Shown here: in pieces, positions 14,246 through 25,922 of the stretch | Numbering within the stretch: position 1 is the stretch's first letter | How the letters are laid out: every line of letters begins with the position of its first letter | DNA from: Octopus sinensis | Lineage: Eukaryota | NCBI RefSeq assembly: GCF_006345805.1 | Contig: NC_043001.1 | Location: forward strand, 69,440,001 to 69,504,000 | Reading direction: 5' to 3' | Length of the DNA stretch: 64,000 nucleotides | Program-made: the position numbers and the translations under genes | The notes under the pieces: model-generated | What the model was told of the DNA's origin: nothing | What the model saw: only the letters and a program-made list of their open reading frames with translations | Databases searched by the model: none

Positions 14246-15499
14246 GTGTGTGTGTGTGTGTGAGTATTTATATGGAGAAAGAAGAGAGAAATTGAGATAA
14301 CAGAAACTGATAGAATGTCAGTGGTTCCAAATTTATAGAAAATGGAATAATTATATATGCGTACACTCATACGCACACACACACACACAAATACACACAC
14401 ACGCATCTTCACACGCACACAGGCGCAAACGCCGTAGACACACACTATACGTAAATAGAGATATGTACAGAAAATGAGAAATTTCGAAGCAGAAGTTGTC
14501 TTGTGAAGTAAATGTTTAGACTTTATAATTACCCGTTTATAAATCTGGCTGACAACTTAAAACTTAAAGATAAAATTAGCTAATACCCTGTCTCTACTCA
14601 AAACCTATAAATGTTTATTTTACATGACATTAATGGCTGTTTCTTTTGAAGCACAGAGTGGATATTTGTTGCTAGATAGCTACGATGCCATAATAATTCT
14701 CATCCAGGAGGCTCTCAGCCAATTTCTGAATGAGAACGTTAACGTCCTTATGTCAAAAACACTATATTACCGCTACAGATTTGATTTCGGTAGACTAAAG
14801 CAAATTGTTGTTTGGCAATGAGTTAATCGTAAACTCGTCTTGTGTGATTCCCCCCCTCTCTCTTATTTTTTTGTTTATTTTGTTTTGCTTTTTTTGAGGT
14901 GAACAATACTGATAGCATAGAGAAATTATTCCACTCCTTCATTAAGAAGTTTGATTAGGAAACACATGGTTCTGCTTCAGATATCATTGTATGCTATCTA
15001 AGGCAAGTGTGATACAATGTAGATTAAGTTAGACAAAACACTTTAGAAATGAATTTGGAAAATGGAAACTATACGGACAACCGTGTTCCTGCCTCAATAT
15101 CCATCCTCAGTTCATTGAGAATTTGTCTTGCATGCTATCTAGTATAACTTTATTTGCCTTTATTGTTCAAACACATAGCAATGAAGATTGTAAGATATTC
15201 CTTTGAGCATATTTGCTTGTCACCTTTTATTTTAAAGAGTGGTAAATGCGTTCTACTCAGTTTTGTATAAGATGAAGTGTCCTGCCTGTTGGAATTGAGA
15301 TAAAGCACTACATGTGTGCTGGGACGGGAAATTACCCAGAAACCATTGGTCTGTTGGTACTGCTAGTGGCTAGGAGGGTGTAGTACGATCCCTTGCTCAG
15401 AGTATATTTCAGACACAGGTCATGTGACGATAACCTGTCCGGAAAGGAGTTTTCCTCTGATTGTCCCATGCAGGACTGCCACCATACGTTGGCAAATAG

Positions 15500-16350
15500 A
15501 TTTTAACGTGAGCAGGGATTAATCTATCTTCGCTCCTTTGCGTCACATGGGATCAACTCTCTTACCCTCTTCAAATAACCCTACTCCCCTCTCCTCTCTC
15601 TTCTCTTCCTCTCACACCTACTTCCTCCCACCCACCTCTCCTCTCTTGCTTTGACACCTATTTTTTCTCTTCCCTCCTACCCACCTTCTCCCTACATCAT
15701 CACACCTCCTTCGTTAACCCACCCATACACATCCCCAACCACGCCATCCCTATACATCCCATCCCAACCCACCCAATCTCTTAGAAGCCCCTCTTGCTTC
15801 CCCTACTATCGCCTTCTCCACACCCCAACACCACCACACCACACCACTCCACACACCACCACACCACCACACTACCACACAGCACCACATCACACAGCAC
15901 CACCACACCACACTACCCCACATACACTTATACTAACCACTCCAAGCACCCACACCAGCGCACACACTAACATTGACTACTCCCAAGCAGCTATACAATC
16001 ATCCACACACCTACACATGCACACGCACACATGTCAAGGTCACCAGCTCCCTTCCAGAAGCACGTACAAGCTCTGACATAAACACTCACGCGCACCTTTG
16101 TTTTGGGATCACCACTATTTTATTATCTCCCCTTCTTCTTAGCTCTCCTGTGTGACCCCTCTGTCCGGCATTCACCGTGATATATCGCTAGCCACTAAAA
16201 CTTTTTCTATTTTCTCTCCTGTGTTCCTTTCTGTCGAAGAACGTAGACTCGAAACGTAAAAGACTTTCTCACTTCCCGAGCGTTAAACTAATACATCTCT
16301 TTGTTGTGTACACACCCGTCTTCGGCTTTCAGTTTTTGGGAAATTCACAC
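15500..16350 (+). mobile_element. Penelope-like element 3' tail (GIY-YIG end plus pLTR-like region)
   Basis: An REQGLI..LRSFASHGINS fragment (cf. REQ.LIF.L.T..P.GLN) is followed by a C/A-rich UTR and a hammerhead-like motif at 16227-16262. Confidence 0.5.
16227..16262 (+). ncRNA. Degenerate minimal type I hammerhead-like motif
   Basis: CTTT-CTGTCGA-AGAACGTAGACTC-GAAA-CG-TA-AAAG. Stem I is CTTT/AAAG, the core deviates at position 6, and stem II is imperfect. Confidence 0.4.
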
Positions 16351-16389
16351 TATACACACACACTCACATACATACAAACATACCCCCCC

Positions 16390-16442
<53 letters not shown>

Positions 16443-16635
16443 GTAGAGATACATTATCCCTGCAGATATCGTGTTAGATCCCTCTTTGGTCCCAGATGCC
16501 GGCTAACCACAACAGTCAGTATCCAATGCCATTGTTTACAAATAATTGTTAGTAACCAGTAAATTCTCTTTCTGCGTAATTCTATGTGACCTACTTAAGT
16601 CTGTAAAGGTTCCGTGGGGTGTATTATCATATCAA

Positions 16636-17930
16636 CCCTTTTAAAGCGGTTGATGTAAATTTACGCACGCAATGTATATGTTTTAAATCGGTCGACGTAA
16701 TTATATTCTGCCTGACTTAGAACCTGTCAATTCACTTGAATTAGTACAGGTCCATCTGCCAATAGGCCGATTGGATGTTTCATGATAATATATACAACCC
16801 GATAGGCTGGTCCTGCCTCTCTGGCTATGTCAGCTTCGTCATCGCGTCCTGTTTCATGATCACCGCGCCAAGTTACACCAAGCTCCACCACCTCACTAGT
16901 TGGTTTTTCCGGTTTGGACGATGACTCGGAGATTAGGTATTTTCCCAGTCCAGAATCATATGATTCCGAGAGCGATGATGATATTCCGGTGAATTTAATG
17001 TACAAACGTGCATCACTGAATGGCTATGGACAACAAAATAACGTGTGGCGAGCTAGAGACAACTTCATCCGACTGAATGAGTTTACTGGTGTGCCTGGCA
17101 TAAAGGCAAATCTTGATCATGGAAGTTCCCCACTGGAAATTTTCGACGAGTTTTTGACGGATGAAATGTTCCAAAATATAGCGGACGAAACGAATGAATA
17201 TACTGAAAAACCATCCCAAGTATGTCAGACCGAAGCATGGCGGTGATTGGGTTCCAACTACAGGAAGAACATCAAAGTTCTGCTTGCTCTGATGATACTG
17301 ATGGGCATCGTGAAGAAACCGACCCTGGCGTCATATTAGAATCGGGATCCAGCCAGGTCAACACATTTCTTTCCAGAAATGATTCCACGTGATCGAATTT
17401 TTGCGTTGATTGGAAATCTACATTTCAACTCAAGCAAGAACTAAGATGACAGATTGTGCAAAATATGTCCCATCGTTGGCAAAGTGGCTGAAAAGGGAAA
17501 CGTAAGGAACCTCGATACCATAGTTCACAATGTGATATTCCAGTGTGTGGTACCCTGTTTTGAACTTTACTACACAAAAGACAATTTTCGAATTCACGTG
17601 ATTGTAAATACATGAAGTTCATCTGACTTGTGATGTCGAGTAATCTCATTCAGGAATAATAGCGTATGGGCGTCCTCCACTGGGATATAGTTTAGATAAA
17701 GAATCAGTACTTGCACCAAAGCGGGTGACGTAAATATACTCCGAACGTTATCTCTCACTGAGTGCTGACCTCAATCGGCGGGATTACCGTTGTCGCACGC
17801 AGGCAACCGAATGAATCGCTGCTGTAAACAGGTTGAAGCGGTTGATGTAAATATACACAGAACCATTGTCGTGCGCTAATTGCTGATCTCAGCCGAAATG
17901 ATTACCGTCAATGCAACCTAGTTGCTGGAT
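16636..17930 (+). mobile_element. piggyBac relic, internally deleted, right TIR not seen
   Basis: Left end TCAA|CCCTTT. ORF 16914-17246 has an acidic N-terminus and FTGVPG...SPLEIFDEFLTDE...ETNEY. It is followed by LMILMGIVKKP and RDRIFALIGNLHFN, then jumps to a C-terminal Cys-rich remnant (KRKEPRY...QCDIPVC). Confidence 0.85.
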
Positions 17931-17996
17931 AAAAAAAATCGTTCTTATGACGTTAATAATAATAATGAGTATAAATACTTTTAGTGCATCACCATG

Positions 17997-18078
17997 ACCT
18001 ACACGTGTTTCCACTGCAGAGACTGCAAGTTGTTGCAGGTGAAACTTTGCAATATTGTCGGTGTAGTTTCATCAGGGT
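17997..18078 (-). ncRNA. Type I hammerhead ribozyme in the PLE 3' region (partly degenerate)
   Basis: Minus strand: ACC-CTGATGA-aACTACA...TGCAGTg-GAAA-CACGTG-TA-GGT. Canonical core, palindromic stem III (ACACGTGT), GUA cleavage triplet. Stem I is only 3 bp and stem II has mismatches. Confidence 0.65.
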
Positions 18079-18616
18079 GCGTCCGGTTGGTCTTATCCGA
18101 AGTGAACTTGTTGAAGAAAGATTGCTATTTAGTATTCCGTAGAATGTAGCGCTGTTGCTAATTATAGTTACAAGAACCCGACCTCGAGCTCAACTTTGCT
18201 GTTGACAGATGCTGCTGGCTGGTTGTAAAATAGGTCGAGGTTGGGGTTATTTTTGTAACGTTCTTAGTATGATTAATAGATGTGTTCCCTACCATTGGTG
18301 CAGTGTGTGGTGTTTGCATACAAGTATTTTCGTTTGTTTAAATTCACTTTTAGTGGTTTGGTCCCTACTTTATTAGTATTGTATATTGTAAGGTATTCAT
18401 TTATATCGCCTAAAAGTTCATTTGTGTGTGTGAAGACATATCAGTGCTTGGACTTGCTATTTATTAATTTGTATTTTGAATTAAATGTTTAGTAAAGTTC
18501 ATTTAGGCAGATGTCTCATCTCTTTCCCCCTATATGGTTTAGTAGTACTAATCAGTTCCCAACCGATCGAATAACTGACGTTTTTGTCTTTAAATAACCA
18601 AATTAGTTTACTTAGT

Positions 18617-19025
18617 AGGCGTAGGAGTTGCTGTGTGGTAAGTAGCTTGCTTACCTATCACATGGTTCCGGGTTCAGTCGCACTGTGTGGCACCTTGGGC
18701 AAGTGTCTTCTACTATAGCCTCGGACCGACCAAAGCCTTGTGAGTGGATTTGGTAGACGGTGGATGAAAGAAGCCCGTCGTATATATGTATATATATATG
18801 CGTGTGTGTATATATGTTTGTGTGTCTGTGTTTGTTCCCCAACATCGCTTGACAACCGATGCTGGTGTGTTTACGTGCTTGTAACTTAGTAGTTCGGCAA
18901 AAGGGACCGATAGAATAAGTACTAGGCTTACAAACAATAAGTCCTGGATTCGATTTGCTCGACTAAAGGCGGTGCTCCAGCATGGCCACAGTCACATGAC
19001 TGGAACAAGTAAAAGAATAAAAGAG
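18617..19025 (+). mobile_element. Full-length tRNA-derived SINE (octopus-type) with internal (TA)/(TG) tract
   Basis: Head AGGCGTAGGAGTTGCTGTGTGGTAAG...GGGTTCAGTC, core GGCACCTTGGGCAAGTGTCTTC and an (AAAAGA)n tail. Homologous to 46873-47318 (-) and to fragments near 7445, 21100 and 41055. Confidence 0.85.
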
Positions 19026-21228
19026 GGATTTAAGTTTCTACTTATTCTTTTCCTATCGCCAATGGAATTCAGGTGATTAGCTAGAATCAGTTTGAAAAAT
19101 ATAAAGGGAATCTCTACCCACAGATGTTACATTACATCTGAAGACAACGTCCCTGGTTTTACATTTAGAATTTAACTGAACTAATTTGTCTATTTCTATT
19201 ACTTATTAACTCGAGGACAACTCTAAGCATCTGTTCTTTTGTCCTAATTTCCATATTATTTTGGTACCTCAACTGATGTTAGTTTCGATACTGCTCTTTC
19301 TAGTGGTTCGGTCTTCTCCTTCAATGCCCGTGTGGGAGTATGTCAGGGCTACTTCCTTTTGGTTGTCAGTTCTACTGTTATCATTCCTCTCTGGCCTAGT
19401 GCTATCAATTACGGTATCATCGTTTATGTTCCTACTGTTGATATTTACTGTAATGTTATTATTTACATTCTGACTACTAAAATCCTCCTCGAAGATGTGT
19501 AGTTTATGTGAATTATGAGCGGCTATTATTTGTACTAGAACGCGGCTATTGGAAAATGTTAGTTTCATGTTATATTTTATAGCATCTGCTATTTCTAGAA
19601 AAATATTTTTCTATCGCGTATAGAACAATTTAAGGATGTTGGAAATTATCATCTCCGTAAATGGGAGTAAATGTAGTTTTAGAATGATCATAGGTATTAG
19701 TGTTCGCATGTTTTGTCATTTTTAGAGATAGTGACTTTCCTATCTTGATGGCTCTTGCTCTGGTGTGCAGGTCGCTTATTATTGTACACATTATTGTGTA
19801 CAGAGTCTGAGTGTGTGAATTTGTATGCTTGTTTACTTTCTTACTAATGTGCTGTTTACTAATGCTTCTACCGTTATTTTGGTTATGTATTTCTATACGC
19901 GGTACATTTTCGTTCGAATCCTTATCGTATCTTTCATAGGAAGGCACTCTATGTTTATGTTCAATATTCTCTGTCTTCATATTTTCAGCTTTCTTCCACA
20001 TCCTCGCTTGGTGGTCTGGGATGTTTATCCGGTTATCTAGTTCTTATACTAGTGCTAGGATACTTAATCTTACTATATGCATTTATCTTATGGTTTCTGT
20101 TCTTAAATATTAATTTTTCAGCCTTCTCTTCTGCTAAATTATAGTAACCCTCGTTTGAAGTAGATATAACGTCGTTAGCTGACATGCATCTAGATTGGTT
20201 ACTATCTTTGTGTACGTACTTAAGGTTTTCAGTTGGTTTGTGGTATGGTTTATAAATTGCTGTGCTTAGATCTTGCGTTATATCGAAAAATTTTACTGAG
20301 TTATGCTCCTCCACTATTGATATAGAAAGACATATATTTTTCAATCATTTAAATAAGTTTTTCGCATATATTTCAAACTCTATTCTGGAGGGGTTAACAG
20401 GAGGAATAGTACATCATCCTTGAATAAACCACCTGCTATTTTTGGAAATTCTTCATTAAGGCAAAATAAGATACAAAATCTTTCTAAGTTTATTACCTGT
20501 GTGAACACAGTTGAACCCATCGCTATATCATACATATACGGTCTATATTTTCTTATCCAGTATTTTCCCTTGAAATATATAATCGATTTTCTAGCAGCTA
20601 ATATTATATCTCCCTGTTCCCTAGTTACTCCTGAGATTTTCATTGCGAATATTAGTGCCTTATTGAGAAGGATTATATTAACAGAGGCGTAAGAGCTAGA
20701 TATATATTTTTGTATGAATCTCGTTTGATTTTTCGTAGGAATTTGATCAATTAGTCGCCAAATTCTAAAGAACTAGATCAAAGTTTTAACTTACTAATAT
20801 CCCTAAGTTTCGGTATGTACTTAGCAAATATATATTTGCTTATGCTAAGTCGAACTTGGGGGATGGGTGGATATGAGATTTCCAGTAGGATTAGTGCTAA
20901 AGTTCATGTATTAATATCATTTATTAGAATTCTCGTATATATGCTTGTATATGTATATGCATTAACACAATACACACACAAACACACACACACACTCACA
21001 CACACACACTCACACACACACACATACACACACACATACACACACATATATATTTACATATATATTTGTATAGTAAACATATATATATATAGCCACATGC
21101 GTGTGACTGCATCATAAGAAGTTTGCTACGCAACCTCATGGCACTTTTGTTTATCCACCTCCGTGGCACCTTGGAAATGCGTCTTCTACTGTAAACTCAG
21201 CTGATTAAACGCTCAGAGTAGATTTGAT

Positions 21229-21308
<80 letters not shown>

Positions 21309-21349
21309 CATACATACATACATACTTACATACATACATACATACATAC

Positions 21350-21381
<32 letters not shown>

Positions 21382-21402
21382 CACATACATACATACATAC
21401 AT

Positions 21403-21948
21403 GGTGGTGGTGGCTGCCCCCTCGTTATCGAGTATGCTCATTGCACGAAGGTTAATCAATGTTGTTATCGTGCAATGCCTGTGCAAGAAGATTAAGTGAG
21501 GAAAGGCTGTGCACTGAGTCAATCCCACTCACTAAGCAACAGCAGCCATAATCCGAAGAGAAGAACAAGTCAACATCATCAGTAACCACTGAGCCGCAAG
21601 TTTTATGTTGGAGTTATCCCAGTTACCTGAGTTACCTTCTCACGGAAGGATGTCCTAACAAAGGCTAGGAGTCCTTCACTCCCAATTGTTTAACCGCGCG
21701 ATCGGGTATTCAGTCCGATTATTTCTATGTCCCCGCGCATGATACAGCCTTAAGACATTTATTGGATGGCCGTTGACTCTCAAGTGTTCCTCCACCCTTT
21801 GACGAGTTTTCATCCCGCAGGGTGTCCAATAAACACCCTCCTCCCCAAGCAAGCTTGGTGGGGTTGCCGATTTAGTCGCCGACGACCCGACCATGCAACA
21901 GGTTGTACTGGGTTACATGTTAACAGTAGCACTCGAAAGTGACCTGAC
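21403..21948 (-). mobile_element. Short non-coding retroelement (RTE-like UTR sequence) inserted in (CATA)n
   Basis: A GC-richer 546-bp island splits a (CATA)n array. The minus strand contains AGCCTTTGTTAGGACATCC...GAGAAGGTAACTC, resembling RTE 5' UTRs, and ends GGGGCAGCCACCACCACC. Confidence 0.5.
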
Positions 21949-22059
21949 ACATACATACATACATACATACATACATACATACATACATACATACATACAT
22001 ACATACATACATACATACATACATACAGACATACATACATACATACATACATACATACA

Positions 22060-22093
<34 letters not shown>

Positions 22094-23074
22094 CATTATA
22101 GATATAGAGACACATCTATTCATATATTTCTTATAATTCATATATTTTTTAGTGTATTTGATAAACTTAATTACATTTATAATAACCTAGTATGATATTC
22201 TGATTTACATTTTAATAAACATATTAATATAACGAAATGCATATCAACATGATTATTTGAAGAAAACATTATGCAGAAGATACATCAAATATTGTCATGC
22301 TTCCACGTCACTGTGTGTAATTAATAATTCCCAATGTGAACTCAGATGAAAATATCTGAATAAATAAAATAAACATGCATTTTTATGATGTATTTTGTAT
22401 AGTGAACGATCAGAAATATTACATTATAATGAAAATATAACAAATATAATTGGCTAAACAGAAGATTAAAAGAAATTGATTCTCGAATAGTCTTTAAATG
22501 TTTATTGATAGGCCGTGATAATGATAAATTAATGATATTTATTGTTCATATTTAAAGTTTATACGGACTGAAATCTCCTATAATTCTTTTTCGAAAACGC
22601 GTGGAATAATCTTGGAATCCCTACTAAGTGGAGTATAATCTTTATATTTCTTCTCTTGACAGTTGTGTAAATGTTATGATTTTAATCATATAAGGCTAAT
22701 TTAATTAAATTAACGTTCTCTCATGGTAATTATTTGTCAATACGTTTCAAAGCTTCTATATCTATGATCTCTAAAATATGCATTCCTATTTATTCAGCGT
22801 AAATTTCTGATATTGATTCAGTTCATTTAAGATTAAAAGCGTGCGTTATAAAACCTATGCTAATTGAGCTGTAAAATTAATTCCATGGTTTTCTTCAACG
22901 ATGTCAAATTCTTAAAAAACATGAGTTTACTAAAGAAATAAATCAAAGACGATGTGTAATCAATAATAAGGAAGTAATGTGAAAATGACACACGAATAAA
23001 GGCTGGCATGTATTTTGGAATTAACTCATGAACATATATGTTTGTATGCAGTTGTGTGCATACACGCGTGTTCT

Positions 23075-23114
<40 letters not shown>

Positions 23115-23681
23115 CAGTTACACACACAAGCACACACGCATGCATGTTCTTGCGTACGTATATACGTATATATATATGTGTCTGTGTGTGCGTGTGTGTA
23201 TGTGTATTATAAACTCACATATAGATAGATAGAGATATGGATATAGATTATTTCTATAATAGGCATAAAACCTAAATTTGAGAAGGATAGTTAATTATAT
23301 CAACTGGGAAAACTGACTGACAAATTCAGCAGCGGCTCACTTTCGGTTTCGTTCTTGGCAAAATTCGAACTGAGTAAGTGAAGCCGTAAGAAATCCCCCT
23401 AACCATCTGGTCCAGCATGTTAGCTATTCTGGTCCTTATTTATAGCAAATCCGCTCCTAAGTATTTGGACAGCTACATGATCAATGTTATAGTAGAAACT
23501 ACTTGCCACGTAGTGGGGACTGAACTCAGAGTCATCTGGCCAGGTAGCAAAATTCCTTTCACACAGCCTCAGTTTACTTACTCTCTCTCTGTACACACAT
23601 ATATATATATAATATATATATATATATTAAGTGTAGGAAGAAATGGAGCTGAACGAAGATTTAACAAAGTTTCTTTTTATT

Positions 23682-23767
23682 ATTTTCTACATATGTTTCA
23701 AAGGCTGCAAAGTCCCTAATTCGGATTGAATAAGGAGTCCATTTTGCAGCCTTCTCTTCAGGAAAAT
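23682..23767 (-). ncRNA. Type I hammerhead ribozyme with long stem II and palindromic stem III
   Basis: Minus strand: ATTTTC-CTGAAGA-GAAGGCTGCAAA...TTTGCAGCCTTT-GAAA-CATATG-TA-GAAAAT. 6-bp stem I, 12-bp proximal stem II, intact core. Predicted cut after GUA, between 23688 and 23687. Confidence 0.85.
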
Positions 23768-24360
23768 CCAGGAACTTAATTCTCCAACAAAATGCACAGC
23801 AAGCTTTTCGACAAACGCTCACGAGGAGCCCATGAAATAAATGGCACAAACTGTCTATCTATATGCGTTGACGCCAGACTGGGTGAAAGCAGAAGAGATT
23901 TTCCGCTGAGATAGTTCAAGGTCAGAATCCGGTTAGCAGAAGGGGGGTACAGGAAAATCAAAGAGTGTGAATGTATTCTGTATGACTGGTGTTTATATTT
24001 GAATTATTTTTAGAATGAGTGTTAGAGTGTTTGAGTGTGAGAAATTGCTTTCATGTATGTGTGTGTGCGTCTATGTATGTGTGACAGTGTGTTTCGAAGG
24101 CAGAAAGAGAGAGAGATATAGCAGGTATTAATGGTCAAGCAACTGACAAAACTGTGTCTGTGTGTTCGTATGTGACCACTTGATAGAGAGAGGGGGTGAC
24201 CATAATGGTCATGGCAGGATACAGTGCTGCTGTCAGGGATGTCAGCAGTTCTAGACAGCTAGCAGTTCTTATACTAACAGGGAAGGGATATCCCCTTTCA
24301 AATTTTATTCAAATTTTTTTCAATTTTTTTAGGAAATCAAGGGGTTATCTATATTAGACT

Positions 24361-24900
24361 TCATTGGTATGAGAGAAAGGTATGCCGTTTCCAGTGGGGG
24401 CATCTGAAAGAATTTTGCACAATCGAGTTAACAAGGTGCCCTCGGGCGAACAGAATGTGAAAAAGTTCTGAGTTACAAAGAGCACATATTGTTTTGCCCT
24501 TATCAAACGGTAAAGACACCGATAAAATTGACCATTCCAGTCTAAAAGTTGAATTCGCGTTCTTCAAACACCAGACTAATTTGCTTAGTCCCGTAGCGTG
24601 TTGCTTATCCTTATCACGGAACGTGGAAAAATGGTTCGATATTCTAATGGCCAATTTCGATGATGAAGCTCCGATATAAGTGAAGACATCTGATTCAGTA
24701 TAAACTCTGCACTGGTAAATGGCGTTTCTAATCTTGGAGTTGCTAGATAAGAACCTTAATCTATTGGGATTGGTTTCCGATATTAATACAGCGTTCTTAT
24801 TACTATGATGATTGTAAAAACCTCCGCTCGATTCGATATTATTCACCCCATTATCATTACTATTTAAGGCAATATCACCTGCATATTCCCTGTTACTGTG
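24361..24900 (-). CDS. GIY-YIG endonuclease domain of a Penelope-like element (5'-truncated; stop-free over ~180 codons)
   Basis: NAIYQC...TYIGAS...RISNH...GLSKLVW.LK...W..L...CALCNSE...LVN...RCPH. The N-terminal part of the supplied 24361-25038 ORF is (TA)n and antisense of the neighbouring element. Confidence 0.75.
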   Translation of the reverse strand, partial: HSNREYAGDIALNSNDNGVNNIESSGGFYNHHSNKNAVLISETNPNRLRFLSSNSKIRNAIYQCRVYTESDVFTYIGASSSKLAIRISNHFSTFRDKDKQHATGLSKLVWCLKNANSTFRLEWSILSVSLPFDKGKTICALCNSELFHILFARGHLVNSIVQNSFRCPHWKRHTFLSYQ

Positions 24901-24908
24901 AATATATA

Positions 24909-24942
<34 letters not shown>

Positions 24943-24946
<4 letters not shown>

Positions 24947-25560
24947 ATTAGGAAAAGGAAAATTATATGGTATAACCCCACTTTAAAGCTAGACGATTCC
25001 ACCAACCTAGATAGGAACTTCCTTTCATTAATTAACATATACTTCCCGAGTAGGCAGAATTATTACAAACTTTCCAACCCCATAATATCAAGGTGAGCTA
25101 CTCCTGCTTCAACAACATCGCATCTAACATCACCCGCATCAATAATTGTAAAAATGCATCCACACCTCCCACAACACCAGCCTGCAATTCCCGAAAATCC
25201 ACCATGTGCCCTCTAGAAGGATTCTGCCTCTCAAGGTTCGTAGTGTACAGAGCCCCCTTACACAATCCAGTGGCATTCTTAAGCATTATACAGTCATGAC
25301 AGATAATGCCTTCAAAGGAAAATACTCCCAGCATATGCACTTGTTTCGATTTCGGGACACAGAGAACTCTACTTACCTGTGTCTTTTTCTCTTCAGAATT
25401 GAAAACCCCAGTATCAAGTAGACTATTGTCGACAGAGCTCCACCATATTCACTCAGCTCGCACAACTTTAGGCTGTGCCTCCACGAAAATCTGCAAATCC
25501 TCAAATAGCCCGCACTTTTGGCAAATTTCAAGCTTCTGACTGCCGACATCCCGGATATAC
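24943..25560 (+). mobile_element. Naiad-type Penelope-like fragment (linker, zinc-finger-like motif and GIY-YIG), frameshifted
   Basis: RKRKIIWYNP...TNLDRNFLSLINIYFP, IKVSYSCFNNI, CNSRKSTMCPLEGFCLSRFVVYRA, AFKGKYSQH and a terminal CRH. Confidence 0.85.
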
Positions 25561-25887
25561 TACCTTAATACCAGCTATTATTTTGCACCAACCGCACCAA
25601 GGACACCGTCACCAAGAAAACGCCTGAGCAGGACCACCAATTACCAATCCCCAACGCTTACCAATTCCCAACACTTACCAAACTCCACCGCCTGTAAAAG
25701 CATGTATGCTCATGCACGCGCGCGCGAAAATGCATGTCTGCGGCGCACGCTAGCATGTAAGCGTACATATATGCATATGCGCAGATGAATGAATATGCAA
25801 CTGTGTTAGTGTATGTGTACATGTCTATACATGTGTGTGTATGCGCATACATGTATGTGTGTGGACGCGTGCATGCGCGTTCACTCA

Positions 25888-25922
<35 letters not shown>

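Larger units (their letters stand above)
17960..20915 (-). mobile_element. Penelope-like element (Naiad-type RT plus C-terminal GIY-YIG), degraded and interrupted by a SINE
   Basis: RT motifs: AARKSIIYFKGKYWIRK, YDIAMGS, GGLFKDDVL (cf. GLYRDDGL) and YKPYHKP..LKYVHKDSN. Linker KLTFSNS..IIAAHN. Endonuclease pieces: CKTRDVVFRC and LANHLNS (19030-19200), LSKLIWLFKDKN...W and *DICLNE (18400-18615). Confidence 0.85.
23630..24900 (-). mobile_element. 5'-truncated Penelope-like element (Naiad-type GIY-YIG, 3' UTR and hammerhead) between (TA)n tracts
   Basis: An open GIY-YIG frame, then a UTR, then a hammerhead at 23682-23767. Both ends abut (TA)n. Confidence 0.85.

Noticed and set aside
18617-18690. 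tRNA genes at SINE heads (also 1084 and 48456)
   Set aside because: A and B boxes are present, but there is no complete cloverleaf and each continues into a SINE body.
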